Positions 34,227 through 42,568 of a DNA stretch of 44,857 nucleotides are shown here, piece by piece; position 1 is the stretch's first letter, and every line of letters begins with the position of its first letter. The stretch is from the sequence record OR861626.1. One strand, written 5' to 3'. Below the pieces are notes generated by a model. The model was given only the letters and a program-made list of their open reading frames with translations. It did no database searches and was not told the DNA's origin. The stretch is from Escherichia phage phiA2-1. Position numbers and translations under genes: made by a program.

Positions 34227-35810
34227 TCACCCCAACAGTCGTGGATTAATGTAAATCTTATCGCCAATCAGGCACGTATAGTTTTTCTCATCAAGCATCG
34301 GAACCAAGTGGTCTTTTATGCGAGTCATGACTCCAGCCTGAGCTTCGAAAGGCTTAACCTTGCGCGCTGCTTCATATAATGAGCGAATACCAACAACGCC
34401 CTTCCCATTCTTGCCCTGCTTAATCAGGATATCAACCAGCTTGTTCATCTCCGCATTGTCACCAGCATGACCAGCAGCACTAGCAGATGACAAATACGTC
34501 TTGCTTAGTTCGTGGAAAATCATAACCGCTTCCTGCATTGTCTCAAGTTCAATCTCTCTGGACTTCTGAGGACTCGACCCGGCTGGCGCGAACCAGTTGC
34601 GAATAACATGCAGAACAGAAGCGATACGAATTGCTTGCTTATCAAACTTACCTAGCGCACCACGTAACATTGTGTGGGAATACTTACCGCCATCACCAAG
34701 ATGCGGCTCCATCTCCTGACGAGCGCGGTTGAGGTAACGCATGGATGACGCACTTACAGTCAGTTTCACTTCAACTTCATTCATAATCTCATGAACGAGC
34801 CGGAAGTAATCAGCCTTCAACCCACCATCAATAGCCTCATAGGTTGAATCTCCATTCTCATCAACAAACACACGGTCGCCAAGGAATGACTTTTCACGCA
34901 CCAGAAGAAAACGTTCAGATACACCAATACCACGCGCACCAGCATTCATAATAGCATTGATTGTTTCATCCTGAGCAATTACAGAAATACATCCCATAGC
35001 CACAAAACTCATGTTGTTTTCTGCGTTAGCGCGCGCAATAGATACGTTACCAGCATCCCACGCCTTAAGCACTAGCTCGCTGTTCGTTTTCTTTGAGCCA
35101 TCTCCGTATGTCATGCCAAGCAGTGAGTTTACGCTTGTTGCCTCATCCGAGATTACAGCAAAGTTTCCCTGTCGGTTGTTTATTCGCGCAAGACCTTCCG
35201 GCGTAGTATCGGAGACCGGGAATACTATATCGCATAGCTTCTCGAGCTTTTCCTCTAAATCCTCCTTCTCTTCAAATAGTGATGCCATCTCAGAAGGTGA
35301 CTTCTCCTGCTTCATCTCTTTTGATAGAGCGGATAGCTTAGCCATAATCTTTTTGCGGTCACGCTTGCGCACTTCATTCAACCGCTCAGTCTCAGCGATC
35401 ATTGGCGCAATAGATAGTGAGTTGATGGCAGATTTACCAGTTGAGGGAGGCTGGCTTGTTACAACGTACAAAGATGTTGGCTGCTGAGTTCCATGATATT
35501 CAACCGTAAAGCGCCCAAGCATTGCAGCAGACACGCAACCCAGAAAGTGCATGTAAGCTGAAGACTCTGGAAACTGAACTGAACGAGCAATATTGGCAGA
35601 TAGCTTACCAACGATATCAATGTCATTACCTAATGATATGACAGGATACTTGTCATTACCTGCATCAATCTCGACAGGTGTTTTCCAGAATGATTGTGAT
35701 TGTCGATAACCATTTGCATTAATGGCCACGCGCAGGGGTGGGAGGTTGTCATTGGCGGCAATTGCCATAACCTGTTCAACAGATAGTTTATCTTCGTTGA
35801 AATCAAACAT
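34227..35810 (-). CDS. P-loop NTPase, putative replicative helicase
   Basis: 527 aa; Walker A-like SQPPSTGKSA; N- and C-termini repeated in the truncated paralog at 38698. Confidence 0.45.
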   Translation of the reverse strand: MFDFNEDKLSVEQVMAIAANDNLPPLRVAINANGYRQSQSFWKTPVEIDAGNDKYPVISLGNDIDIVGKLSANIARSVQFPESSAYMHFLGCVSAAMLGRFTVEYHGTQQPTSLYVVTSQPPSTGKSAINSLSIAPMIAETERLNEVRKRDRKKIMAKLSALSKEMKQEKSPSEMASLFEEKEDLEEKLEKLCDIVFPVSDTTPEGLARINNRQGNFAVISDEATSVNSLLGMTYGDGSKKTNSELVLKAWDAGNVSIARANAENNMSFVAMGCISVIAQDETINAIMNAGARGIGVSERFLLVREKSFLGDRVFVDENGDSTYEAIDGGLKADYFRLVHEIMNEVEVKLTVSASSMRYLNRARQEMEPHLGDGGKYSHTMLRGALGKFDKQAIRIASVLHVIRNWFAPAGSSPQKSREIELETMQEAVMIFHELSKTYLSSASAAGHAGDNAEMNKLVDILIKQGKNGKGVVGIRSLYEAARKVKPFEAQAGVMTRIKDHLVPMLDEKNYTCLIGDKIYINPRLLG

Positions 35811-35829
35811 TACTTCTCTCCGTGTTGTT

Positions 35830-35889
35830 TCTGAGCGGCCATTATATCAACAGCCGCTTATTATGCATTATCAATTCGTGCTAATTATC
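35830..35889 (-). promoter_or_regulatory. Degenerate promoter-like cassette (minus orientation)
   Basis: Minus strand AATTAGCACGAATTGATA, 22 nt, TATAAT, upstream of ATG 35810. Confidence 0.3.
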
Positions 35890-36237
35890 GGTATTGAGCT
35901 TCAAATCTGTAGTCGCCGCAGATTGTAATAAAACCTACCTCCTCATCTCTTAAAAGCTGCCAGGCATTGCCTTCCTTGTCGTAAATATATCCAGCTCGCT
36001 GACCAAGGCCAGCATGGATGTCAACTTGATACCGCTTTCCTTCAGTGAAGTATTTGCGAATAGATGATCGATGGTTAACCTTTGTACAGTAAAGCGTTTT
36101 AGTCTTAATGTATTTGCCGCGCTCTTCAAGATTAATCCACTTGTCATCTTTTTTGATTTGTTCGATACCATCTTTAACGCGAGCTTTAAACAGTTGATTG
36201 TCTTTACTAATCCAGTTTTTTGTAATCGTAGTGGTCA
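35885..36237 (-). CDS. Hypothetical protein
   Basis: Track ORF to 36262 (GTG); ATG at 36237 overlaps stop of upstream small ORF (TAATG). Confidence 0.35.
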
Positions 36238-36399
36238 TTACTTTACTCTCTTTGTTGTCCACATAAATTTGTTTGGTACTGATTTTCGCACGATACGCAC
36301 AACAATCTTATCAGTCTTCTGAACTAATCCGTAAATCTTTCCATCTAGTGAAGCTCTGAAAACAGCCTCTTCCATCGCGTCATAAAAGTTGTCGAACAT
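36238..36399 (-). CDS. Small ORF (53 aa), not in ORF track
   Basis: Hand translation MFDNFYDAMEEAVFRASLDGKIYGLVQKTDKIVVRIVRKSVPNKFMWTTKRVK; follows cassette at 36413..36475. Confidence 0.3.
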   Translation of the reverse strand: MFDNFYDAMEEAVFRASLDGKIYGLVQKTDKIVVRIVRKSVPNKFMWTTKRVK

Positions 36400-36412
36400 G
36401 CTTACTTACTCT

Positions 36413-36475
36413 ATTTCGTTTCGATGAAGTAACTATACAACAAAAGCCCCGAATGGCTTTAGCAATTAGTGCTAT
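36413..36475 (-). promoter_or_regulatory. Promoter-like cassette (minus orientation)
   Basis: Minus strand AATAGCACTAATTGCTAAAG, 22 nt, TATAGT, CATCGAAACGAA leader. Confidence 0.5.
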
Positions 36476-36620
36476 TTCTCGCCTTCTCAATCGCCTTCAG
36501 CATAACCTCGTGAGACTCAAGCAGATCCTCGTTGAACCAGTCTCCGCAAGGCCAACCATTTCCGCTGTATGCGGCCACAACACTTAAGTCGTAGTAGTTA
36601 ATATCAGATGGTAATAGCAT
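36471..36620 (-). CDS. Small ORF (49 aa), not in ORF track
   Basis: Hand translation; stop TAA lies within the cassette box. Confidence 0.25.
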
Positions 36621-36622
36621 TA

Positions 36623-36823
36623 TTAAATCACCTTAAAAGTTGCAATACCGTGGATGATGACGTAATCAAGGCATTTAAGCGCCTGAAACGTATCGTGATG
36701 CTTGTGTGGGCGGTCTCCTGTAACAAGGCACATGTCATCTTTGAAATCGGTAGCATTGTATTCAGACCCCTTATTGAATGCGTCTTTAAAGTCTTTAATG
36801 ATGTTAGTGCAAAGAAGTTTCAT
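36623..36823 (-). CDS. Hypothetical protein
   Basis: 66-aa ORF. Confidence 0.3.
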   Translation of the reverse strand: MKLLCTNIIKDFKDAFNKGSEYNATDFKDDMCLVTGDRPHKHHDTFQALKCLDYVIIHGIATFKVI

Positions 36824-36824
36824 G

Positions 36825-37043
36825 TTAATCCTCTAAAATTTCAAAAATCAATCGACCTTTAATCGCAGCAATAACAAGGCCATTTTCGATGTAGCAGAAA
36901 ATTGGTCTGAAGTTATCGCCAAACACGTAACCATGAACTTCATCATAACTGTAATGCTTCCCACTGCTAAATTCCCAGGTTCCATCATTAAGATTATTTA
37001 AGCACTTAACTTTCATTTCTTCATTCCTTACCAGGGTAAACAT
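36825..37043 (-). CDS. Hypothetical protein
   Basis: 72-aa ORF. Confidence 0.3.
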   Translation of the reverse strand: MFTLVRNEEMKVKCLNNLNDGTWEFSSGKHYSYDEVHGYVFGDNFRPIFCYIENGLVIAAIKGRLIFEILED

Positions 37044-37249
37044 TCATAGCAACCAAGGCCATCACAACATAGATAATCATCATCTGACTGGAATTGCTTA
37101 GCCAGGTCAATATCGATGCGTCCGCGCAAAACCATATCAGTGTAATCATGGTTAAGTCCAATCAGCGAACATTCCTGCTTTAGTTGCTCAAGTGCTTCAC
37201 CTTTAAGTTTCATATTAGCTCCAGGAGTTGATGTAAATTGAGTTGTCAT
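37028..37249 (-). CDS. Hypothetical protein
   Basis: 73-aa ORF. Confidence 0.3.
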   Translation of the reverse strand: MTTQFTSTPGANMKLKGEALEQLKQECSLIGLNHDYTDMVLRGRIDIDLAKQFQSDDDYLCCDGLGCYECLPW

Positions 37250-37439
37250 TTAACAGGATAATCATCTCAGCGCGATTAAGGCTGCGAACGATTGAGCCCG
37301 TGTGAGTGCCAATAACGTATCGGTAGAACTCACGGCGCGTGATGGTGATTTGACTTACTCCAGCCGAACGGCCCAGCTTGATAACTGCGTGACCCCTGGC
37401 TTCGATATGCATCATTACGTTCTGGGCTTTGATTGACAT
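37215..37439 (-). CDS. Hypothetical protein
   Basis: 74-aa ORF, first gene downstream of minus-strand cassette at 37450..37521. Confidence 0.3.
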   Translation of the reverse strand: MSIKAQNVMMHIEARGHAVIKLGRSAGVSQITITRREFYRYVIGTHTGSIVRSLNRAEMIILLNDNSIYINSWS

Positions 37440-37449
37440 TTTTACTTCC

Positions 37450-37521
37450 TCTTATGTACTTCGTTTCGATGAGATGATTATGGTCTCCTTGCCAATGAAT
37501 GTCTTTAGCAAAAAGTGCTAT
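37450..37521 (-). promoter_or_regulatory. Promoter-like cassette (minus orientation)
   Basis: Minus strand AATAGCACTTTTTGCTAAAG, ~24 nt, CATAAT, CATCGAAACGAAG leader. Confidence 0.45.
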
Positions 37522-38149
37522 TCGTTGGATTTATTGATTGTTGAAGCTACTGCAATGATTCACATCATTATTGCACGTATAGCAATATTGCATTTAATGC
37601 AATGATGTTTTTGATTGTTGCAGAATTTGCAATGATTGATGTGGGATTGAATGAATAGAGGATGGACTACCATACAAGTTGATTTTGATTCTGGCTGAGC
37701 CACTTTTCTGTATACGCGTAACGCCTGTATACTCACTGTAGTCACAAAAGTAAGTGACCACTAACATACGTTTTTTACGCAGCATATACACTTGACATAC
37801 ACTATAAGTATATAATATATATATACTTCTTCTTTATTATTATTATTATTATTATATGTATACCGTGTATACCGCTCATTGATGGAATAGTTGATATGTT
37901 CCTCTGTTATATTCTGACACACGTCAGAATTGGATGACACTTGTCAGAATAAAAAGGCGCATATATAGGAAATCAGCTCAAAAAACCGTATACAGAGGAT
38001 ACTGCAAGGTTACAACCAGTGCTGGCGCGGCTTTGAGTGCCGAAGGGCGTAACTATGATGAAATATACTAAAATATACATTGACAGACACGTAAATCACT
38101 GGCACTATAGCAATCACTGAAACGCAGTACACAACAACGAGGTATTGAG
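37522..38149. promoter_or_regulatory. Large divergent control region with direct repeats, inverted repeats and a (TTA)7 tract
   Basis: TGCAATGAT x3 (about 37550, 37597, 37627); TGTATAC x4; GTCACAAAAGTAAGTGAC; TTGACA and TATAAT; (TTA)7 at about 37834..37856; GTCAGAAT x2. Confidence 0.45.
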
Positions 38150-38698
38150 ATGCAGAAAGTAACGCTTGGTGAAGTTATTCGTGAGATGGTACGAAAGGCG
38201 ATGGAATCGGAAAGTGGTGAGTTTAAGGTTCCAGTCAGCCAGATATTCAAAATGATTCGCGGAAGGTCGTACCCGGAAATGGAGTATGACACTGAGACGG
38301 ATGAGATATTGAATTTGGCAGACCGGTCATTACCTGAGCTTAAGAACTCATACATCTACAACACCGTGTCACGAATGACAGACTTACGAGACGCAAACAA
38401 GAGGGCGCGATATAAATTTATCTGGATTGATGACGAAGGAGAGCAGACAAACGCAAGGCAATTTGATGGTGATGGTGCTGATAAGTACTTGGTTATATAC
38501 ATTGAGAACGGTGCGCACTGGACTGGCAATCGGGAGAAGAAGAAACAAGAAGCTCAGAAAGAGGCGACCACCATTGAAAGGTTCAAGGCCAGAATCCTGA
38601 AACTCATGCCATCAGTGACTGAATTTGAAGGCGATGAGATTTCCGGTGCTATCAAGGCAATCAAAATGTACCAGGAAATGATTAAGGAGACAAAATAA
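38150..38698 (+). CDS. Hypothetical protein (first gene after control region)
   Basis: 182-aa ORF. Confidence 0.4.
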   Translation: MQKVTLGEVIREMVRKAMESESGEFKVPVSQIFKMIRGRSYPEMEYDTETDEILNLADRSLPELKNSYIYNTVSRMTDLRDANKRARYKFIWIDDEGEQTNARQFDGDGADKYLVIYIENGAHWTGNREKKKQEAQKEATTIERFKARILKLMPSVTEFEGDEISGAIKAIKMYQEMIKETK

Positions 38699-39120
38699 TG
38701 TTTAACTTTAGCGATAACAAGCTCACCACTGAAGAAATTATTAAAATCGCTGAGAGTGATGGGCTTCCAGTTATCAGCGTGGCAATCGAAGCGAATGGAT
38801 ACAAGCACTCTCAATACTTATGGGGTCACATTGGTGTATATGATGTTTTCAAGGGTAGCGACCTTGCGATTATTATTAAGAATCTCGAAAAGTTCAGCAA
38901 AAGCGGAAGCTATGTGGTTACTGTGAAGACACTGCACGAAAGCGTATTCGCCATGCGAGAAATCGGGCCACATGAAAGGCTTCATGATGAACTTATTCCG
39001 CAACTTGAGGTGATGAACATTGCTTTCCTTATCGGCAATAATATTTACATTAATCCTGCTCTTGCAGATTCAAGCTGGAATCCTAATTTTAAAGCCCGAG
39101 AAGATGAGCACCCTAGTTGA
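38698..39120 (+). CDS. Truncated paralog of the 34227..35810 helicase (N- and C-terminal segments only, no ATPase core)
   Basis: MFNFSDNKLTTEEIIKIAESDGLP...AIEANGYKHSQ aligns with MFDFNEDKLSVEQVMAIAANDNLP...AINANGYRQSQ; C-terminal LIGNNIYINPAL aligns with LIGDKIYINPRL. Confidence 0.45.
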   Translation: MFNFSDNKLTTEEIIKIAESDGLPVISVAIEANGYKHSQYLWGHIGVYDVFKGSDLAIIIKNLEKFSKSGSYVVTVKTLHESVFAMREIGPHERLHDELIPQLEVMNIAFLIGNNIYINPALADSSWNPNFKAREDEHPS

Positions 39121-39205
39121 CTACCATACCACCTACGGCACAATGAGGGAGAGGTTGAGGCTGCAATAGAGTTCTATTGGAAAGCTAAATTACTCCTGAA
39201 CGGAA

Positions 39206-39260
39206 AATGGCACGAATTGTCAAACCTTCCTCAAGGCCATTTGATATAGTGGCCTTATTG
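39206..39260 (+). promoter_or_regulatory. Promoter-like cassette variant
   Basis: AATGGCACGAATTGTCAAAC, 22 nt, TATAGT; inverted repeat AAGGCCA/TGGCCTT spans the -10. Confidence 0.45.
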
Positions 39261-39282
39261 AAGCAAAGTTAGAGAGGATAGA

Positions 39283-39513
39283 ATGGAGAGGAATAAATAT
39301 GAAAGAGAAATTATTGGGCTTAATGGCGAGCGTGCTATTATTGATGTGTATCGCACGCTATCAGCATTCGACGTTACAGACCCAGCGTGCCAACATGCTA
39401 TCAAAAAGCTATTGTGTATGGGGCTGCGAGGCCACAAAGACATTATAACAGACCTTGATGACGCAATAGACTCACTAAACAAGATGAAAACTTACCTGGA
39501 GCAAACGAAATGA
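39283..39513 (+). CDS. Hypothetical protein
   Basis: 76-aa ORF. Confidence 0.35.
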   Translation: MERNKYEREIIGLNGERAIIDVYRTLSAFDVTDPACQHAIKKLLCMGLRGHKDIITDLDDAIDSLNKMKTYLEQTK

Positions 39514-39743
39514 TTACAATTAACCTGTCAGACAAGCAAGCCACAATTCTTAAGCAGCTAATCTCAAGTCAGCCAATGCAGTGCTCGGCGGTCGAGTTCT
39601 CAGAGATGGTCAAAGAGGTTTGTACTCAAATCAACAATCAGCAGTTCGATGTGTCAGACTTCGAGTCATCACGCCAGTACGAATCTCTAAGCATTAAGAA
39701 TGCTGGATACCTCGATAACTGGGATAAGGCGACTAAGAAATGA
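39510..39743 (+). CDS. Hypothetical protein
   Basis: 77-aa ORF overlapping neighbours. Confidence 0.35.
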   Translation: MITINLSDKQATILKQLISSQPMQCSAVEFSEMVKEVCTQINNQQFDVSDFESSRQYESLSIKNAGYLDNWDKATKK

Positions 39744-39928
39744 AAGATATTAAAACTACAGATAGAAGCGATGACGCCATGACGTTCCAGGTGAGCAGCC
39801 AGACAGCAAAAGAGCACATGAACAAACTGGAGTCATTTGGGATTGACGTTTCTGGATTTGGTGTTAATTGCACAAGTGCAGCTAATACAACCAAGAGTTG
39901 GAGATTTGATAAGGAGTTCAATAAATGA
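39740..39928 (+). CDS. Hypothetical protein
   Basis: 62-aa ORF. Confidence 0.35.
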   Translation: MKDIKTTDRSDDAMTFQVSSQTAKEHMNKLESFGIDVSGFGVNCTSAANTTKSWRFDKEFNK

Positions 39929-40074
39929 TTTACATCCACACGTACTACACTGGCAAATTCAACAGCGTTAAGCACGTTTCGGTGCATCAGAAGAAGAGCG
40001 ACGCAATTAAGCAATATGAGGTTCTTGGCGGTGTAGTTATTGAGGTAATGAAAGCCAGATTGATCCTGAGCTAA
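39925..40074 (+). CDS. Small ORF (49 aa), not in ORF track
   Basis: AAGGAG RBS; ATG overlaps upstream stop (ATGA). Confidence 0.3.
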   Translation: MIYIHTYYTGKFNSVKHVSVHQKKSDAIKQYEVLGGVVIEVMKARLILS

Positions 40075-40075
40075 A

Positions 40076-40140
40076 AATAGCACGAATTGCTAAACAATCG
40101 CCGGAGCAATCCGGCATAATTACCACTTCGAAACGACAGG
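40076..40140 (+). promoter_or_regulatory. Promoter-like cassette
   Basis: ATAGCACGAATTGCTAAAC, 22 nt (contains CCGGAGCAATCCGG), CATAAT, CTTCGAAACGACA leader. Confidence 0.45.
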
Positions 40141-40158
40141 AGGAGGGGAGGAGGGGAA

Positions 40159-40338
40159 ATGAGATTTCAACAATCAGAACCAAAACTACAAGCTAACCAC
40201 TTCGATGGTTACGCAACATTCATCATTGCCCAGGTATGCGGGATGAGTGACGAGCCACAGGTTCACACTGTTCACTTAACCGAAGAGCAAGCTCGAGAGA
40301 TGGCATACGAAATTCTTGAGCAATTGAATAAGATTTAA
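40159..40338 (+). CDS. Small ORF (59 aa), not in ORF track
   Basis: Preceded by purine-rich GGAGGAGGGGAGGAGGGG RBS region. Confidence 0.35.
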   Translation: MRFQQSEPKLQANHFDGYATFIIAQVCGMSDEPQVHTVHLTEEQAREMAYEILEQLNKI

Positions 40339-40835
40339 CGCTTCTAGAACGAATTCTAACGAACAATAATTTAAGTAAGGTGATTCATCATGGAAGCACA
40401 AGAAAGCCCTGTAGAGTGGTGCAGGAGAATGCAGGACGAAGCAAAGACTGGTGAAGAGGCGATGGCCTACTACGAGCTGGCTAAAATGTGGATGGAGCGG
40501 GGGAAGAAACAATGAGCTTAACTGAATACGTTATCGCATGTGAACGACTGGTCTTTGATATGAAGACTTTCCACTTGTTCATCATTAATGATTTAATTAA
40601 GCCTTATAAGCAGGGTGTGAAACCTGAGGAATTTATCAAGAACTTCTATAGCACTAAAAGCTAAATACAGCCGCCACGGATGGCATACAATAACCCAATC
40701 AACACAACGAGAGATTGAGATATGACAAGTTATGGTTCTTACACACTTGGTGAGCTATATGACGCTTATTACTCATGGGGTTCAGCATCAGAATGCGATG
40801 CAGACACAAAGTCAGTAATAATTGAGGATTGAGAA

Positions 40836-41072
40836 ATGTTCGGACTAAATGAAGCGATGTTCAATGCGGTAAAGCGTCAGGCAGATAGACTTAACGACGA
40901 GTACGGGAAGCTAGGCACAAAAAAGAAGGATGATAAGGTTGTGGCTGCACTGATTACTCAGGTTTGGGGACCGGTATCAACACTAATTGCTCGAGACAAA
41001 TTTATTTGGATTGCTGGTTATCGAAAAGGTCGCGTTGGTCATGACGAGAATGGGAATAGTCTTTATGAGTAA
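40836..41072 (+). CDS. Hypothetical protein
   Basis: 78-aa ORF. Confidence 0.3.
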   Translation: MFGLNEAMFNAVKRQADRLNDEYGKLGTKKKDDKVVAALITQVWGPVSTLIARDKFIWIAGYRKGRVGHDENGNSLYE

Positions 41073-41655
41073 ATTAGATGACGCTTTAGCATGGTTCGCT
41101 TACGGGTTGATTGTTGGTGGGGGGATAACTTTAATATGCCTGGTGGTGGTGCTATGAGTGAGTTAACAATCTGGTTTATCGCAGGGCTGGTTACTTGGGC
41201 TTACTTCCTGGTGGCAGCATGAGAGCGTTGAGAAAGATTTTTTACGGCTGCAAAAAGCATCACTACGTTTACTTTCGTGATATTGAATGGTTCGAGGAGG
41301 CTAATTGAAAGTATGGTTTTAAAACAAAGTTAATATGCAAGAAATGCCGGCACATTGAGAGCAGCAGGGTTGGCGTGATGATTTGCCGCAGCACACTTGA
41401 CGACATTGCGTATGGAAAGCTCAAACATCCACCAGTTAAGCCTTAACTGTTAAAAAGAGCTTGCATCACTGACTGGAAACTTCTAATATTAACCACGTAG
41501 ACAAACGAGGCCACCATGTGGCAACGGCGCACGGAGCGCAACTACTAAGTCCGTTGCTCATTAAGTAGCGTATGCGGCATTAAGACCTAGCGCAAATAGG
41601 CATATTAACCGGCTGTATCAGGCAACCCCGGAGCCGTAACCGGGACTCATTCAAG

Positions 41656-41733
41656 GCTCTGCTAGCTCAATTGGATAGAAGCAACGACCTTCTAAGTCGT
41701 AGGTTACTGGTTCGAATCCAGTGCGGAGCGCCA
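41656..41733 (+). tRNA. tRNA-Arg (anticodon UCU), CCA encoded
   Basis: Hand-folded cloverleaf: acceptor GCTCTGC/GCGGAGC (one G-U), D-arm with GG, anticodon stem ACGAC/GTCGT with loop CTTCTAA, T-arm ACTGG-TTCGAAT-CCAGT, 3' GCCA. Confidence 0.7.
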
Positions 41734-41748
41734 ATAAAGGAGTTCATT

Positions 41749-41931
41749 ATGTGGGATGTGAAGTTGTCCATTCGCTTAATGGGCCGCAGTTGCAAGAGTT
41801 GCACTCAAGATTACATCGCGTCAGTTGCCGCAATCAGCGCTGAGGATGCGGTAGCGAAAGTAAAAGAGATGTCGGGCGCTGACCCTGGCACTCACAAATT
41901 CCTGGTAGCTTACGTTCGTGAGCGAAAGTAA
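41749..41931 (+). CDS. Hypothetical protein
   Basis: Track ORF from 41671 overlaps the tRNA; ATG 41749 with AAAGGAG RBS is the credible start. Confidence 0.4.
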   Translation: MWDVKLSIRLMGRSCKSCTQDYIASVAAISAEDAVAKVKEMSGADPGTHKFLVAYVRERK

Positions 41932-41975
41932 AAAGTGTTATACCCTCGTTAAGTTTCGTTTCTCTCGTTGTTTTT

Positions 41976-42000
41976 AGCCCTCGCTTGAGGGCTTTTTTTC
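41976..42000 (+). terminator. Rho-independent terminator
   Basis: AGCCCTC-GCTT-GAGGGCT plus T7. Confidence 0.55.
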
Positions 42001-42010
42001 GTCTGTAATA

Positions 42011-42019
42011 TGGTATAAT
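42011..42019 (+). promoter_or_regulatory. Extended -10 promoter element (TGGTATAAT) upstream of the terminase genes
   Basis: TGnTATAAT match; similar terminator/TATAAT/AAGGAG arrangement to that upstream of 4008. Confidence 0.35.
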
Positions 42020-42043
42020 CTGGCATCAACAAAGGAGGATTAA

Positions 42044-42550
42044 ATGAGCAAAGCAGCATTAAAGATGGGTGAGGGAAACTTCAAGGCGCTTTACAACAAG
42101 AAGTATGGCGATATTGCTATGGTTGCAATCAACCGCAAGTACACGCCAGAAGAGGTGTTTAATTTTGCCGTTAGATACTTCTCCTGGGCTGAGGGTGAGG
42201 CAATTAAAGCTATCGAGACAGCGGCTTTCCAGGGTGTGGTTAGTGAAAGCCTGGTGCACAAGCCTCGGGTATTCACCTTAACTGGCCTGGCACTCTTCAT
42301 GGGTGTTAATATCAATAGGTTCGCTCGCTGGCGCGGTGAGGCTGGGTACTCTGACGTGATGGAGTTTATTGATAACGTAATCTATGAGCAGAAATATCAG
42401 CTTGGCGTTGCAGGTATTATCAACTCCACCATCGTTGGTAAAGAGCTTGGCATTGATAAGCCGCAGGAGATTACCATTAGCAACAACTCCACAGCTAACG
42501 ACGTTGATAGCATGAAGGAAGCGCTGGAATCTGTGATAAGTAAGTTATAA
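42044..42550 (+). CDS. Terminase small subunit (putative)
   Basis: 168-aa ORF immediately upstream of terminase large subunit; AAGGAGG RBS; HTH-like FTLTGLALFMGVNINRFARWR. Confidence 0.55.
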   Translation: MSKAALKMGEGNFKALYNKKYGDIAMVAINRKYTPEEVFNFAVRYFSWAEGEAIKAIETAAFQGVVSESLVHKPRVFTLTGLALFMGVNINRFARWRGEAGYSDVMEFIDNVIYEQKYQLGVAGIINSTIVGKELGIDKPQEITISNNSTANDVDSMKEALESVISKL

Positions 42551-42568
42551 CAACAAGAGGGCATAACA

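Noticed and set aside
37560-37791. Two minus-strand ORFs (61 and 65 aa) in the 37.5-38.1 kb intergenic region
   Set aside because: They cover the repeat and promoter-rich control region, with Cys/His-rich odd composition and no RBS.
41440-41655. A second tRNA immediately upstream of tRNA-Arg
   Set aside because: Hairpins are present, but I could not assemble a cloverleaf with a T-loop and acceptor stem by hand; left as structured non-coding RNA or DNA.
41671-41748. 5' extension of the track ORF 41671..41931 across the tRNA
   Set aside because: Overlaps the tRNA-Arg gene; the ATG at 41749 with an AAAGGAG RBS is the credible start.
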